NCBI GenBank assembly: GCA_937911045.1
Contig: CALEPX010000004.1
Location: forward strand, 17,421-81,420
Reading direction: 5' to 3'
DNA from: an uncultured Fretibacterium sp.
Lineage (GTDB): Bacteria > Synergistota > Synergistia > Synergistales > Aminobacteriaceae
Length of the DNA: 64,000 nucleotides
How positions within the stretch are numbered: the stretch's first letter is position 1; the number at the start of each line of letters is the position of its first letter. The translations under genes and the position numbers were made by a program. This document shows, in pieces, positions 18,252 through 27,975 of this stretch. The notes under the pieces are model-generated. The model searched no databases and had not been told where the DNA came from. It worked only from the letters and a program-made list of their open reading frames with translations.

Positions 18252-19151
18252 TCAGAAAATCATGTCGATTACTAGACCGTTAATCAGCGAATACGCTATC
18301 ACAAACGCAATATACGCCACGAACTTTCCCGCGCCCAAAACTATTTTCAACGCGCCGAGATTCGTAATTTTCGTAGCAGGGCCTGTAATCATGAACGCAC
18401 TCGCACTCGCCATACTCATTCCATCAGCGAGCCACTGCTGCAACAACGGGATCGTCCCACCGCCGCACGCGTATAACGGCACGCCAATCGTCGCAGCCAT
18501 CAAGACACCAAATGCGTTTTTTTTCCCGAACAATCGCGCAAAAGTCTCAGGCGAAACGTATCTTTGAAATATCGCGCTCAACAAAATTCCCAGAATAAAA
18601 TATCCGCCAGTCGCACGCAAATTCCGCCCGAAATTCTTCACGTAGCGAATCACAATATTCGGATCAGTATCGCGATTCGAAATCTCCCCGTAAAAGCCAT
18701 CGAACCGGAAAAATTTCTCGCCCGAAATCCTGCAATAAAAATTCACCGCAAGTCCGGCAAATATTCCGCAGAAAAAACACGACGCAATTCTCACGCACAA
18801 CGCAACTTGACCGAGTGCTGCACTGTAGATTATTAATTGCGGATTCAGCAGAATCGACGCCATCATGAACGCTGCCAGCCAATCTTCACGCATTCCCTTC
18901 TCACTGAACGACGCTGCAATCGGAATCGTCCCGTACATGCAAAGCGGCGACGCAATACCCAAAATACACGCCGGAATTATTCCGAACACACTCAGTTTTT
19001 TGCGCCCGATTAATTCGAATGCCCCGTGAATTTTGCTCTTGCCGAATACCGACACAAACGAACCAAGTGCAATCCCCAACAGCCAATACTCGTAAATCTG
19101 CAGGAATTGCACTTCGAAATAATAATACAGGTATATAAACTCGCGCTTCAC
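18252..19151 (-). CDS. Predicted permease (DUF318/ArsP_1-like)
   Basis: Two-fold internal repeat with the motifs ASPLCMYGTIPIAASF and GVPLYACGGGTIPLL. Polytopic. Confidence 0.7.
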   Translation of the reverse strand: MKREFIYLYYYFEVQFLQIYEYWLLGIALGSFVSVFGKSKIHGAFELIGRKKLSVFGIIPACILGIASPLCMYGTIPIAASFSEKGMREDWLAAFMMASILLNPQLIIYSAALGQVALCVRIASCFFCGIFAGLAVNFYCRISGEKFFRFDGFYGEISNRDTDPNIVIRYVKNFGRNLRATGGYFILGILLSAIFQRYVSPETFARLFGKKNAFGVLMAATIGVPLYACGGGTIPLLQQWLADGMSMASASAFMITGPATKITNLGALKIVLGAGKFVAYIAFVIAYSLINGLVIDMIF

Positions 19152-19175
19152 GTAATAATTATTCTCAGTCTATTC

Positions 19176-20111
19176 TCAATCTATGCTTATCAAGTCATAT
19201 TCACGCGATCCGAGACCGATTTCTTCTGCGTACTCAATCGTGTGTATTCCGTGACGTGATTCCATGCGATTAATCAGCGATTTTCCGTCCGGAGCTTTGT
19301 ACACAAAATCAACGCAAGCCTGATCCAGCGCAACAGGATCTAACGAGCCTAAAATTCCAATATCGTGCATGTCTGGCTCAGATGGGCTGCCGTCACAATC
19401 GCAATCTACGCTCAAATGATTCATAACGTTTATATACATGATTTTTCTGCCGGCGTTCAAACTATCCGAGACTGCTTTAGCTGCTTCAGCCATCGATTCC
19501 AAAAACGCGTCCTGATCGCTGTACCAGATACTTCCGGAATCTTTCGTGCCTGCTGTGTGAATAATAACTTTTCCTCGACTCGACGCAATGCCAATCGAGA
19601 TATTCTTCAACGCACCGCCTAAACCTGCCATCGCGTGACCTTTGAAATGCGTCAATACCAAAACGAAATCATAATTCTTGAAATGCGAACCGACTACATC
19701 TTCGCGCAAATGTTTCCCGTTCGAAACCGGCAACGAAATTTCTCCTTCTGAGTCCATAATATCTACATTAGCGATTTTCGTGAAGCCGTGATCCTCGATT
19801 ACTTGCCAGTGAGCTGCGTTCGAAGCGCGTGAGCCACCGTATGCAGTGTTGCATTCTACAATCGTTCCGTTCACTCTATGCACAAGATCCTTAATCAAGT
19901 CCGGTGATAAATAATGCGTGTTGCCAGCTTCACCTGTGCTTAATTTCACCGCAACTTTCCCTGAAGCTTCTCGACCTAATCGCTCATAAATCGCAATCAT
20001 TCCCTCGGGCGTAATGTTCCGCGTGAAAAACACTTCGGATTTAGCAAACGCAACTCCGGATAACATACACACAAATGCCATTAAACATACAAAAATCCTA
20101 AAACTCTTCAT
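19176..20111 (-). CDS. Exported DUF362 domain protein
   Basis: HFKGHAMAGLGGALKNISIG and HLSVDCDCDG motifs. I prefer the ATG at 20111, which gives the classic signal peptide MKSFRIFVCLMAFVCMLSGVAFA, over the TTG at 20132. Confidence 0.7.
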   Translation of the reverse strand: MKSFRIFVCLMAFVCMLSGVAFAKSEVFFTRNITPEGMIAIYERLGREASGKVAVKLSTGEAGNTHYLSPDLIKDLVHRVNGTIVECNTAYGGSRASNAAHWQVIEDHGFTKIANVDIMDSEGEISLPVSNGKHLREDVVGSHFKNYDFVLVLTHFKGHAMAGLGGALKNISIGIASSRGKVIIHTAGTKDSGSIWYSDQDAFLESMAEAAKAVSDSLNAGRKIMYINVMNHLSVDCDCDGSPSEPDMHDIGILGSLDPVALDQACVDFVYKAPDGKSLINRMESRHGIHTIEYAEEIGLGSREYDLISID

Positions 20112-20140
20112 AATATAAAACCATCCCTTCAAGATAAATA

Positions 20141-21106
20141 TTAATCTGACATATTACTTATTGATTTCTCGTGATGAACTCTGCGAATCGCTTCTGCAAA
20201 TATCGGCGCAATACTCAGCTGCATGATTCTATCAGATTTCTTCTCAGGCGGAATCGGAATCGTGTCCGAGAAAACTAATTTCTCAATCGGTGAGTTATTA
20301 ATTCTGTCGAGAGCTGGCCCGGATAATACCGCATGTGTCGCACACGCAAATATTCTCTCACAGCCGCGTTCCTTCAAACCGTCTGCCGCGTGACAAATCG
20401 TTCCTGCTGTGTCAATAATATCATCGACGATTATAGCCGTTCTGCCTTTGACATCGCCGATAATATCCATTACTTCTGAAACATTCGCAACCTCGTGAGA
20501 CCTGCGCTTATCAACTATTGCAATATCAACGTGAAGCATGATCGCAAATTTCCTCGCGCGCGAAACTCCGCCAACGTCCGGCGAAACTATCACAACAGAA
20601 TTTGTCTTCAATTCCTCGCTCAACAATTCCTGGAAATATCCTGCCAAAAGCTTCATGCCCGTCAAATGATCGACCGGAATATCAAAGAATCCCTGCAGCT
20701 GTCCTGTGTGCAAATCTGCCGTCAATACTCTCTGAATGCCTCCGTGCGTGAGCAAATTCGCAACTAACTTGGCTGTGATTGGCTCTCTGGGTTTTGCTTT
20801 GCGATCCTGACGCGCGTATCCAAAATACGGAATAACCGCGTTAACATATTTTGCCGAAGCTCGTCTGAACGCATCCGCCATGATTAACAGCTGCATCAAG
20901 TTCTCATTCGCCGGGTAGCATGTCGGCTGAACAATGAAAACGTCAGAACCTCGAACCGTCTCATCGAGTGAAAGACCAATCTCACCGTCTGAGAATCTAT
21001 AATGCCTGAGTTGCGACAACTCTATGCCTAGGGTCTTGCAAATATCAAGTGCAAATTGCGGATGTGCTGTTCCTGAAAAAATTTTGAGACTGTTTCCTCT
21101 TGACAA
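20141..21106 (-). CDS. prs: Ribose-phosphate pyrophosphokinase
   Basis: Full-length PRPP synthetase similarity (YFGYARQDRK, DLHTGQLQGFF, DDIIDTAGT). TTG start after AAGGAG. Confidence 0.95.
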   Translation of the reverse strand: MSRGNSLKIFSGTAHPQFALDICKTLGIELSQLRHYRFSDGEIGLSLDETVRGSDVFIVQPTCYPANENLMQLLIMADAFRRASAKYVNAVIPYFGYARQDRKAKPREPITAKLVANLLTHGGIQRVLTADLHTGQLQGFFDIPVDHLTGMKLLAGYFQELLSEELKTNSVVIVSPDVGGVSRARKFAIMLHVDIAIVDKRRSHEVANVSEVMDIIGDVKGRTAIIVDDIIDTAGTICHAADGLKERGCERIFACATHAVLSGPALDRINNSPIEKLVFSDTIPIPPEKKSDRIMQLSIAPIFAEAIRRVHHEKSISNMSD

Positions 21107-21120
21107 GATAATTTCTCCTT

Positions 21121-21165
21121 CTGAAATCTTGAATCTGAATCTTGATCTTGATCTTGAATCTGAAT
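21121..21165. repeat. Hexa/heptanucleotide tandem tract (ATCTTG/ATCTGA units) filling the glmU-prs spacer
   Basis: ctgaaatcttgaatctgaatcttgatcttgatcttgaatctgaat includes two GATC sites and ends at the prs SD. Confidence 0.8.
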
Positions 21166-21167
21166 TA

Positions 21168-22565
21168 TTATGACTTGCTAATCATTTTTTTGCGTGCTGT
21201 CCAACCGGAAATATTCTGCTGACGTGCGCGTGCTACTGCCAAAGAATCTTCCGGAATTTCCAGAGTGATGACGCTGCCTGCTGCTGTTGCCGAATTATCG
21301 CACATTTTCGCCGGTGCTACGAACATCGTATCAGAACCAACAAAACAATTATCCCCAATGAAAGTCTTGTTCTTGTGAACGCCGTCATAATTGCAAGTGA
21401 TGCTGCCTGCTCCGATATTCACGTCATGACCGAGTGTCGCGTCTCCCATGTATGACAAATGCGGGACTTTGGAATTTTCGCCGATTCTGGAATTTTTGAT
21501 TTCAACGAATTTTCCGGCAAAAGCTTTTTTCTCAAGGCACGTGTTATCGCGAATGTAAACGAACGGACCAGCCTTAGAAGAATCTTTGAGCTCACTGTTC
21601 TCAATCACTGCGTACGCGATCAAATTCACGTTACTGCCTATCAAAGCGTTTCGTAAAATCGATCCTGAACCGATGATTGCGCCGGATTCGATTCGAGATT
21701 TCCCCCAGATTTGCACATTCGGCATAATCGTAACGTCTGATTCCAATTCCGCATACGGACTTATAAAAACGCTCGACGTGTCCATAATATGCACGCCCTC
21801 GTCAAGCCAGTGACGCAAAATTCTCTGCTGCAAAATTCGCGACGCCTGAGACAATTCGAACTGGTCATTTACGCCCTTCATTTCTTCTTCGGACATAACA
21901 AATGCGCCCGTGACGAATCCTTTTTGATTCATCAATGCGAGCGCATCCGTAATATAATATTCGCCTTTCGCGTTATGATTATCTATTAAATCTATGACCT
22001 GTTCGAGAGCTTTGACTCTGAACGCGTAACAACCACCGTTGACTTCGTGAATTTGCTTTTCCGAATCCGAGGCTTCTTTGAATTCTACGATATTAACGCT
22101 GTTATTTTTCCGTACAATTCTGCCGTAAGCTGCGGGATCTTCTGCCACAAAAGTTATGACTGTGCAATCATTGCCATGAGAACGCACAAAAAACTCTCGC
22201 AAACTCTCTGGTTTAATCAGCGGCAAATCCCCGTTCAACACGATTAAATCATCGAAATTCCGCCACCAATCCTGAGCAGATTTCACCGCATGTCCTGTGC
22301 CTAACTGCTCACGCTGCCAAAGAATCTGGATTCGCGAATCGTAACTCTTCGACAAATATTCCGCAACTTGTTCACCGCCTGAACCTACTAAGACTGCGAC
22401 ATTCTCCGGGTCTGTGATTTGGGATTTTGCAACTGTGTGAATCACGCAATCAATTATTTTCTGATCCAAAATTTCCTGCATGACTTTGGGTTTCGCGCTC
22501 TTCATGCGAGTGCCTTTGCCTGCTGCCATGACCAGAACGCCTAATTTGCGATTCAAATTCATCAC
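21168..22565 (-). CDS. glmU: Bifunctional UDP-N-acetylglucosamine diphosphorylase / glucosamine-1-phosphate N-acetyltransferase
   Basis: LVMAAGKGTRM nucleotidyltransferase motif and a C-terminal left-handed beta-helix of hexapeptide repeats. An alternative TTG start at 22556 has better SD spacing. Confidence 0.93.
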   Translation of the reverse strand: MMNLNRKLGVLVMAAGKGTRMKSAKPKVMQEILDQKIIDCVIHTVAKSQITDPENVAVLVGSGGEQVAEYLSKSYDSRIQILWQREQLGTGHAVKSAQDWWRNFDDLIVLNGDLPLIKPESLREFFVRSHGNDCTVITFVAEDPAAYGRIVRKNNSVNIVEFKEASDSEKQIHEVNGGCYAFRVKALEQVIDLIDNHNAKGEYYITDALALMNQKGFVTGAFVMSEEEMKGVNDQFELSQASRILQQRILRHWLDEGVHIMDTSSVFISPYAELESDVTIMPNVQIWGKSRIESGAIIGSGSILRNALIGSNVNLIAYAVIENSELKDSSKAGPFVYIRDNTCLEKKAFAGKFVEIKNSRIGENSKVPHLSYMGDATLGHDVNIGAGSITCNYDGVHKNKTFIGDNCFVGSDTMFVAPAKMCDNSATAAGSVITLEIPEDSLAVARARQQNISGWTARKKMISKS

Positions 22566-22599
22566 CTCGTTGTGATTGTGATGTCGTTTTCAAATTAAA

Positions 22600-22673
22600 T
22601 GGCTGGGGCGAATGGATTCGAACCATTACTGCCGGAGCCAAAGTCCAGTGTCCTGCCATTAGACTACGCCCCA
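22600..22673 (-). tRNA. tRNA-Gln (anticodon UUG), CCA encoded
   Basis: The reverse complement reads TGGGGCG TA GTCT..AGGAC A CTGGA CTTTGGC TCCGG .. AATGG TTCGAAT CCATT CGCCCCA G CCA. It has the U1-A72 acceptor pair typical of tRNA-Gln, a GGTTCGAATCC T-arm, and a 7-nt anticodon loop with TTG at positions 34-36. Confidence 0.9.
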
Positions 22674-22714
22674 ACGCAACGCACATTATCACCCAAAATC
22701 ACGAAAACGTCAAG

Positions 22715-24625
22715 CTATGCTAAAAAATCATGCGTTCCAAATTCCGGCAGCTTGTCAATCCGCTCATCGGGCAAGTCTTGCGAATCCTGTTCTTTATCGC
22801 GCATTAACCTGTCTAAATCCTCAGAATCAATAATTTCTTTCTCAAGCAACTCACTCGTAATCCTGTCCATCAAATCGCGCCTTGAACTTAAAATTCCCTT
22901 CGCTGTCTCATAGCACGAATCAATAATCGATTTCACTTCCTGATCGATCAAATACGCAATTTCCTCGCTGTAATTCCTATCCTCAGAAATATCGCGTCCC
23001 AGGAAAATTTCCTCGCGTTTGTTGCCAAGTTTCACCAGACCGATTTCATCACTCATGCCGAGTTCCGTGACCATTTGTCTAGCCGTCTGAGTCGCACGTT
23101 CGAGATCATTTGCAGCACCGCTCGTAACGTCGTTGAAAACCAATTCTTCGGCAACACGTCCGCTAAGCAAAATCGCAATTCGATTCAGCAATTCTGAGCG
23201 CGAAATCAAAAATCTGTCTTCTTCGGGTAATTGCAGCGTGTATCCCAAAGCAGCGTGACCTCTGGGAATAATCGAAATCTTGTGAACAGGATCTGCTCCG
23301 GGCAAAACTTTCGCAACGATTGCGTGACCTGTCTCATGATAGGCGATAATTTTCTTTTCACGCTCGCTTATCAATCTGCTCTTTCTCTCAGGACCTGCCA
23401 TTACACGTTCGATTCCTTCTTCGAGTTCGTCCATGCCGATTTTATCTTTGTCACGGCGTGCAGCCAACAACGCAGCTTCGTTCACCAAATTCGCCAAATC
23501 CGCGCCGACTAATCCGGGAGTTCTTCGCGCTAAAATCGCAACGTCAACGTCATCGGCAAATTGCTTGTCTTTCATGTGAACCTGCAAAATTTCCTCGCGT
23601 CCTTTGACATCAGGTTTGTCAACTACGATATGCCTGTCAAATCTTCCGGGTCTGAGCAACGCAGGGTCAAGAATATCCGGTCTATTCGTCGCAGCAATCA
23701 GTATCGTCGAATTATTCTCATCAAAGCCGTCAAGCTCAACCAGTAATTGATTCAGCGTCTGTTCACGCTCATCATGACCGCCGCCAAGTCCCGCGCCTCT
23801 GTGACGACCAACAGCGTCCATCTCATCGATGAAAATTATGCACGGTTGATATTTCTTCGCCTGTTCGAACAAATCGCGCACTCTCGCAGCACCGACTCCG
23901 ACGAACATCTCGACAAAATCCGAGCCACTCGCGCTGAAAAACGGCACATCAGCTTCACCAGCAGCAGCACGCGCTAACAAAGTCTTTCCTGTGCCGGGAG
24001 AGCCTACAAGTAAAACACCCTTTGGAACTTTCGCGCCGAGTTTCTTGAACTTGTCCGGATCTTTCAAAAAGTGAATCACTTCCTGCAATTCTTCTTTGGA
24101 CTCGTCACAGCCTGCGACATCTTTGAACGTGACTTTGGGTTTGTTATCGAGAAATAATTTCGCTTTACTTCGCCCGAACGTCATCATTCCGCGAGGACCG
24201 CCTCCGCCAGCCTGCATTGAGTACGCAAAATACCACCACACGCCGATTAATAACAGCGTCGGGAAAAGTGACGACAGCAAACTCGTCAGCCAAGAATTTT
24301 TCTGGGGAGCTTCAACCGTAACCATTACGCCTTTCGCAGCAGCCCTGTCCGCAACTCCGCCGACATCAAGACCATACGTTAAAAATCTCTGCCCTTCTTT
24401 CAATTCTCCCTGTAAAACCGCGGAACTCGATTCACCGGGAACTGTGTTATTGCGAATCTGCAAAATTCTTATGCTGCCCTCGTCAAGATACGTTAGAAAT
24501 TGGCTGTAACTTATCTCGTCATATTGCTTCTGAACTTCCTCAGGTGTCAAGAACGTGTTCACCAGCGACACGACGACAAGAATCAGCACGAGATATAATC
24601 CAAGATTTTTTGCTATACGACCCAA
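22715..24625 (-). CDS. ftsH: ATP-dependent zinc metalloprotease FtsH
   Basis: Walker A GPPGTGKT-like [11 protein letters not shown], second region of homology, and HEXGH zinc motif (HETGHA). The longest ORF starts at GTG 24667. I prefer TTG 24625, which lies 11 nt after AGGAG and gives an FtsH-like N-terminus [15 protein letters not shown]. Confidence 0.93.
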   Translation of the reverse strand: MGRIAKNLGLYLVLILVVVSLVNTFLTPEEVQKQYDEISYSQFLTYLDEGSIRILQIRNNTVPGESSSAVLQGELKEGQRFLTYGLDVGGVADRAAAKGVMVTVEAPQKNSWLTSLLSSLFPTLLLIGVWWYFAYSMQAGGGGPRGMMTFGRSKAKLFLDNKPKVTFKDVAGCDESKEELQEVIHFLKDPDKFKKLGAKVPKGVLLVGSPGTGKTLLARAAAGEADVPFFSASGSDFVEMFVGVGAARVRDLFEQAKKYQPCIIFIDEMDAVGRHRGAGLGGGHDEREQTLNQLLVELDGFDENNSTILIAATNRPDILDPALLRPGRFDRHIVVDKPDVKGREEILQVHMKDKQFADDVDVAILARRTPGLVGADLANLVNEAALLAARRDKDKIGMDELEEGIERVMAGPERKSRLISEREKKIIAYHETGHAIVAKVLPGADPVHKISIIPRGHAALGYTLQLPEEDRFLISRSELLNRIAILLSGRVAEELVFNDVTSGAANDLERATQTARQMVTELGMSDEIGLVKLGNKREEIFLGRDISEDRNYSEEIAYLIDQEVKSIIDSCYETAKGILSSRRDLMDRITSELLEKEIIDSEDLDRLMRDKEQDSQDLPDERIDKLPEFGTHDFLA

Positions 24626-24696
24626 AATGAAAATCACTCCTAAAAAATAATATAATATATCTATCACGATTATATCAGAGGGGAATTAGTAATAAC

Positions 24697-25719
24697 ATGA
24701 ATGATGCTTTGGAATTAAATTTCGCTGACTGGGAAAAGATTTTTCTCGACATGAACGAACCAAAATTCCGTGCGAAACAAGTCTGCGAATGGATATATGC
24801 CAAGAAAACTTTCGAATACGAATCCATGACGAATCTTTCAAAAGCTCTGCGTGAGAAATTACCCGGCGAAATATTTATCTCAATGCCGATATTAATCAAG
24901 CAGCAAAATTCTCGCGACGGCACACGGAAATATCTCTGGCAACTCAATGACGGCAAGCGAATCGAGAGCGTGTTAATCAACCATGGCGGTCACAAGACTG
25001 CGTGTATCTCCAGTCAAGTCGGCTGTGCATTAGGTTGCGTATTCTGCGCGACGGGGACTTTGGGATTAACGCGAAATCTAACAAAATCCGAAATTCTCGG
25101 GCAATTTCTCACGATGGAAAAGCTCAATTCCGGCGATATTAATAACATAGTCTTCATGGGGATGGGCGAGCCTTTGCTGAACGAACGCAACGTATTCGAC
25201 GCGATAAAAATTCTCAACGACAAACGAATGCGAAATCTTGGCGCAAGACACATAACGATTTCTACATCTGGAATCGTGCCTGGAATCGAAGACTTGGCAG
25301 ATTTTGAAATCCCGCTGAGATTATCAGTTTCGCTGCACGCCACGAACGATAATTTGCGCGCAAAGCTCATGCCGAACGTAAGCAAGATGTATTCGCTGCA
25401 AAAACTTGTTGACGCGCTCAGGCATTACAAGTCACGAACCGGTGAACGAATCACGATTGAGTACGCGCTGATTGACCGGGTAAACGATGACGCACAATAC
25501 GCCTACGAATTAGCAGCATTACTCGACGGTCTCGAACCGTACGTGAATCTGATTCCGTTCAATGCGATTCCATCAAGACCGGATCTCAAACGCTCAAGCG
25601 AGTCGCGAATCAAGAATTTCTGTGCGGCGTTGCGTGAATTGCGAATCGAGTTCGAACTGCGCAAAGAGAAAGGCTCGGATATTATGGCGGCGTGCGGACA
25701 ACTGGCTGCGAGTAAATAA
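24697..25719 (+). CDS. rlmN: 23S rRNA/tRNA adenine-C2 methyltransferase RlmN (radical SAM)
   Basis: Radical SAM motif GCALGCVFCATG and the C-terminal catalytic Cys context DIMAACGQL. Confidence 0.93.
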   Translation: MNDALELNFADWEKIFLDMNEPKFRAKQVCEWIYAKKTFEYESMTNLSKALREKLPGEIFISMPILIKQQNSRDGTRKYLWQLNDGKRIESVLINHGGHKTACISSQVGCALGCVFCATGTLGLTRNLTKSEILGQFLTMEKLNSGDINNIVFMGMGEPLLNERNVFDAIKILNDKRMRNLGARHITISTSGIVPGIEDLADFEIPLRLSVSLHATNDNLRAKLMPNVSKMYSLQKLVDALRHYKSRTGERITIEYALIDRVNDDAQYAYELAALLDGLEPYVNLIPFNAIPSRPDLKRSSESRIKNFCAALRELRIEFELRKEKGSDIMAACGQLAASK

Positions 25720-25730
25720 TTGCGAATCAA

Positions 25731-25777
25731 AAATCCCCCGATTGATCCGAAAAATTTGCGATCTTTCGAGGGATTTT
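25731..25777. terminator. Long hairpin between convergent rlmN and rplS
   Basis: An 11-bp stem aaatcccccga/tcgagggattt with one mismatch and a 24-nt loop, with T-runs on both sides. Confidence 0.45.
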
Positions 25778-25789
25778 GCTTCCCAAATA

Positions 25790-26143
25790 TTACGCGAACT
25801 TTCTGCGTTCTTTGATACGTGCGGCTTTTCCGCTCAACTTGCGCAGATAATACAGCTTGGCTCTGCGAACTTTTCCCGTTCTGACGACTTCAATCTTGTC
25901 AATCGATGGACAGTGAAGCGGGAAAATTCTTTCGACTCCGACACCGTTTGAAATCTTGCGAACTGTGAATGTCTCGTCAAGTCCGCCGTGTTGACGTGCG
26001 ATTACGATCCCTTCGAAAACCTGGATTCTTTCTCGCGCACCTTCTTTGATTTTCACGTGAACTTTCAGAGTATCGCCGGGTCTGAAATCCGGTAGAGGCT
26101 CAGATCTGAAGAACTTTTTTTGAACCAGATCCAGCGCGTTCAT
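25790..26143 (-). CDS. rplS: 50S ribosomal protein L19
   Basis: [25 protein letters not shown] and RRAKLYYLR are diagnostic of L19. Confidence 0.97.
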   Translation of the reverse strand: MNALDLVQKKFFRSEPLPDFRPGDTLKVHVKIKEGARERIQVFEGIVIARQHGGLDETFTVRKISNGVGVERIFPLHCPSIDKIEVVRTGKVRRAKLYYLRKLSGKAARIKERRKFA

Positions 26144-26170
26144 GACTATACATCTCCCTTCATAATAAAA

Positions 26171-27310
26171 TCATCTCTTGCCTAAAATCCTGTCGAACAA
26201 AATCGCAGCCTTGAAACTCAAGCTCAGGTCTGCAAAATCCTCCTGCAAATACACGCCGAAAGTTTCACACGAAAAATCCAGCGCGAATTTCTCATTCGAC
26301 AGCACGAATAAAACTGCTCCGTCATGTTCGAGAATTTTCCGCTTGACTTCAACATAATGGAACGAATTTTTCTCCGGAGAATCGCAAACTTTCACGACTA
26401 ACAATTTCTCCGGAGCCTTAACGCTCTCCAGAATCCGCGAAAACTTCCCGAGAATCCTGAAGCCGGAATTCTTGAATCTCTCGCGCAAATCACGATTCCC
26501 GGAAATTACGAACGGACGCTCCAATCCGTAAATCACGCGCAATCTCTCAATATCGGCAAATACTTGCGTTTCAAGAGAATTTTCATTCGCGATCAATGCC
26601 AGATAAATTTCGCCTGAGATATAATCGCGAATATCTGCACGTGCGATCAAATCCGGTCTGCGTGTCAGCGTGCGACTAACTGCAAGCGAACGCCGCCATT
26701 TTCTGATCTCGTGTTCGTTACCGTTCAGAAGAATTTCCGGGACTTCGAGATTTTCCCAAACTGCTGGTCTCGTATAATGCGGATTATCCAACATGCCTCG
26801 ATAGAACGAATCTTCGACAACAGCGCGAGATTTTCCAACAACACCCGGAACAAGCCGCGACAACGAATCAATCAACGCCATCGCAGGAATTTCGCCGCCG
26901 GTTAGGACGCAATCTCCAACAGAAAATTCTAAATCGACATAGCGTTCGACGAATCGCTCGTCAATGCCCTCGTAATGTCCGCAGATTATTATCAAATGCT
27001 CCTGATTATATAAACTCTCGATTAATTCCTGGCTTAATAATTGCCCCTGAGGCGACGGATAAAGCACGAAATTATTCTCGAAGCCTTTCTTCGCAAAATC
27101 CAGAGCCTGCTTCAACTGCGGTGCCGCAAAGAGCATTCCTCCTGAACCGAACGCGTAATCATCAAGCTGCTTGTAATTGCCCGTGCCGAAATCACGAAAA
27201 TTTATAACATCCGCACGAATATCGCCACGCTCAAGCGAACGACCCAAATTTCCCGTCGATAAAAACTTCCCGAGCAAATCCGGAAATATCGTAATTATAC
27301 TCAGATTCAA
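26171..27310 (-). CDS. trmD: tRNA (guanine37-N1)-methyltransferase TrmD with a C-terminal extension of about 155 aa
   Basis: The TrmD core covers residues 1-225 (IITIFPDL, DDYAFGSGGML, IIICGHYEGIDERF, VLTGGEIPA). The remaining 155 aa are not part of canonical TrmD. Confidence 0.9.
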   Translation of the reverse strand: MNLSIITIFPDLLGKFLSTGNLGRSLERGDIRADVINFRDFGTGNYKQLDDYAFGSGGMLFAAPQLKQALDFAKKGFENNFVLYPSPQGQLLSQELIESLYNQEHLIIICGHYEGIDERFVERYVDLEFSVGDCVLTGGEIPAMALIDSLSRLVPGVVGKSRAVVEDSFYRGMLDNPHYTRPAVWENLEVPEILLNGNEHEIRKWRRSLAVSRTLTRRPDLIARADIRDYISGEIYLALIANENSLETQVFADIERLRVIYGLERPFVISGNRDLRERFKNSGFRILGKFSRILESVKAPEKLLVVKVCDSPEKNSFHYVEVKRKILEHDGAVLFVLSNEKFALDFSCETFGVYLQEDFADLSLSFKAAILFDRILGKR

Positions 27311-27318
27311 TTCATATA

Positions 27319-27561
27319 TTAATCCTCGACGATGTCAACATCAACTCGCTCTCCAGATTTGACTGCGGCAGCTTTTGCCAACAGTCTAATGGCGTTGATT
27401 GTCGCTCCTCTCTTTCCGATTACGCGCCCTACGTCCTCATGGGCAACACGAACACGGACATTATTTCCGTCCTCAACTTCGGTACTTTCTACGCTGACTG
27501 ATTCCGGCTGCGTAACAAGACGTTTGACGATGAACTCTACAAGCTCTTTATAATTGACCAT
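27319..27561 (-). CDS. KH domain RNA-binding protein (YlqC/UPF0109 family)
   Basis: MVNYKELVEFIVK...GRVIGKRGATINAIRLL. The ATG at 27561 lies 7 nt after AGGAGG. The longer ORF to 27609 is rejected. Confidence 0.9.
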   Translation of the reverse strand: MVNYKELVEFIVKRLVTQPESVSVESTEVEDGNNVRVRVAHEDVGRVIGKRGATINAIRLLAKAAAVKSGERVDVDIVED

Positions 27562-27673
27562 TTTGGCACCTCCTGTTTTTTTCGCAGTCTTAGAAGAAAT
27601 AAAAAACAAAAATTGTGATTACTAATTACATAAATTACTACAACTAACTAACTCACGCTCTTGAGAACTAATT

Positions 27674-27943
27674 CTATTCCGATTTAGCCGGCTTGAATTT
27701 GTCCCAGATCCCATGCTTCTTCAAAAGTCCCCTTGCCGTTTCTGAAGGCAATGCTCCTACCCCCAGCCAGTACAAAGTACGCTCCTCATTGATAGTGACA
27801 GACGCTGGATCCGTCATAGGATTATACGTGCCTATGAGTTCGATGAATTTACCGTCTCTGGGTGAACGAGAGTCCGCAACAACTAAACGATAAAAAGGAG
27901 CTTTCTTACGTCCCTGACGCGACAAACGAATTCTTACAGCCAT
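27674..27943 (-). CDS. rpsP: 30S ribosomal protein S16
   Basis: [31 protein letters not shown] is diagnostic. The start is taken at the MAVRIRL Met. Confidence 0.96.
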   Translation of the reverse strand: MAVRIRLSRQGRKKAPFYRLVVADSRSPRDGKFIELIGTYNPMTDPASVTINEERTLYWLGVGALPSETARGLLKKHGIWDKFKPAKSE

Positions 27944-27975
27944 TTTGTAAATAACACACCTCCTGAACAAAAATA

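Noticed and set aside
22600-22673. tRNA-Gln as a possible integration hotspot for a genomic island
   Set aside because: Both flanks (glmU-prs and ftsH) are core housekeeping genes. I saw no integrase, no duplicated tRNA 3' end and no direct repeat.
27562-27609. Longer N-terminal extensions in the ORF track for the KH protein (to 27609), S16 (to 27970) and YlxM (to 29795)
   Set aside because: The canonical family N-termini (MVNYKEL, MAVRIRL, MKFDSEF) start at internal Met codons. The KH start has an AGGAGG SD, and the YlxM extension runs through a terminator hairpin.
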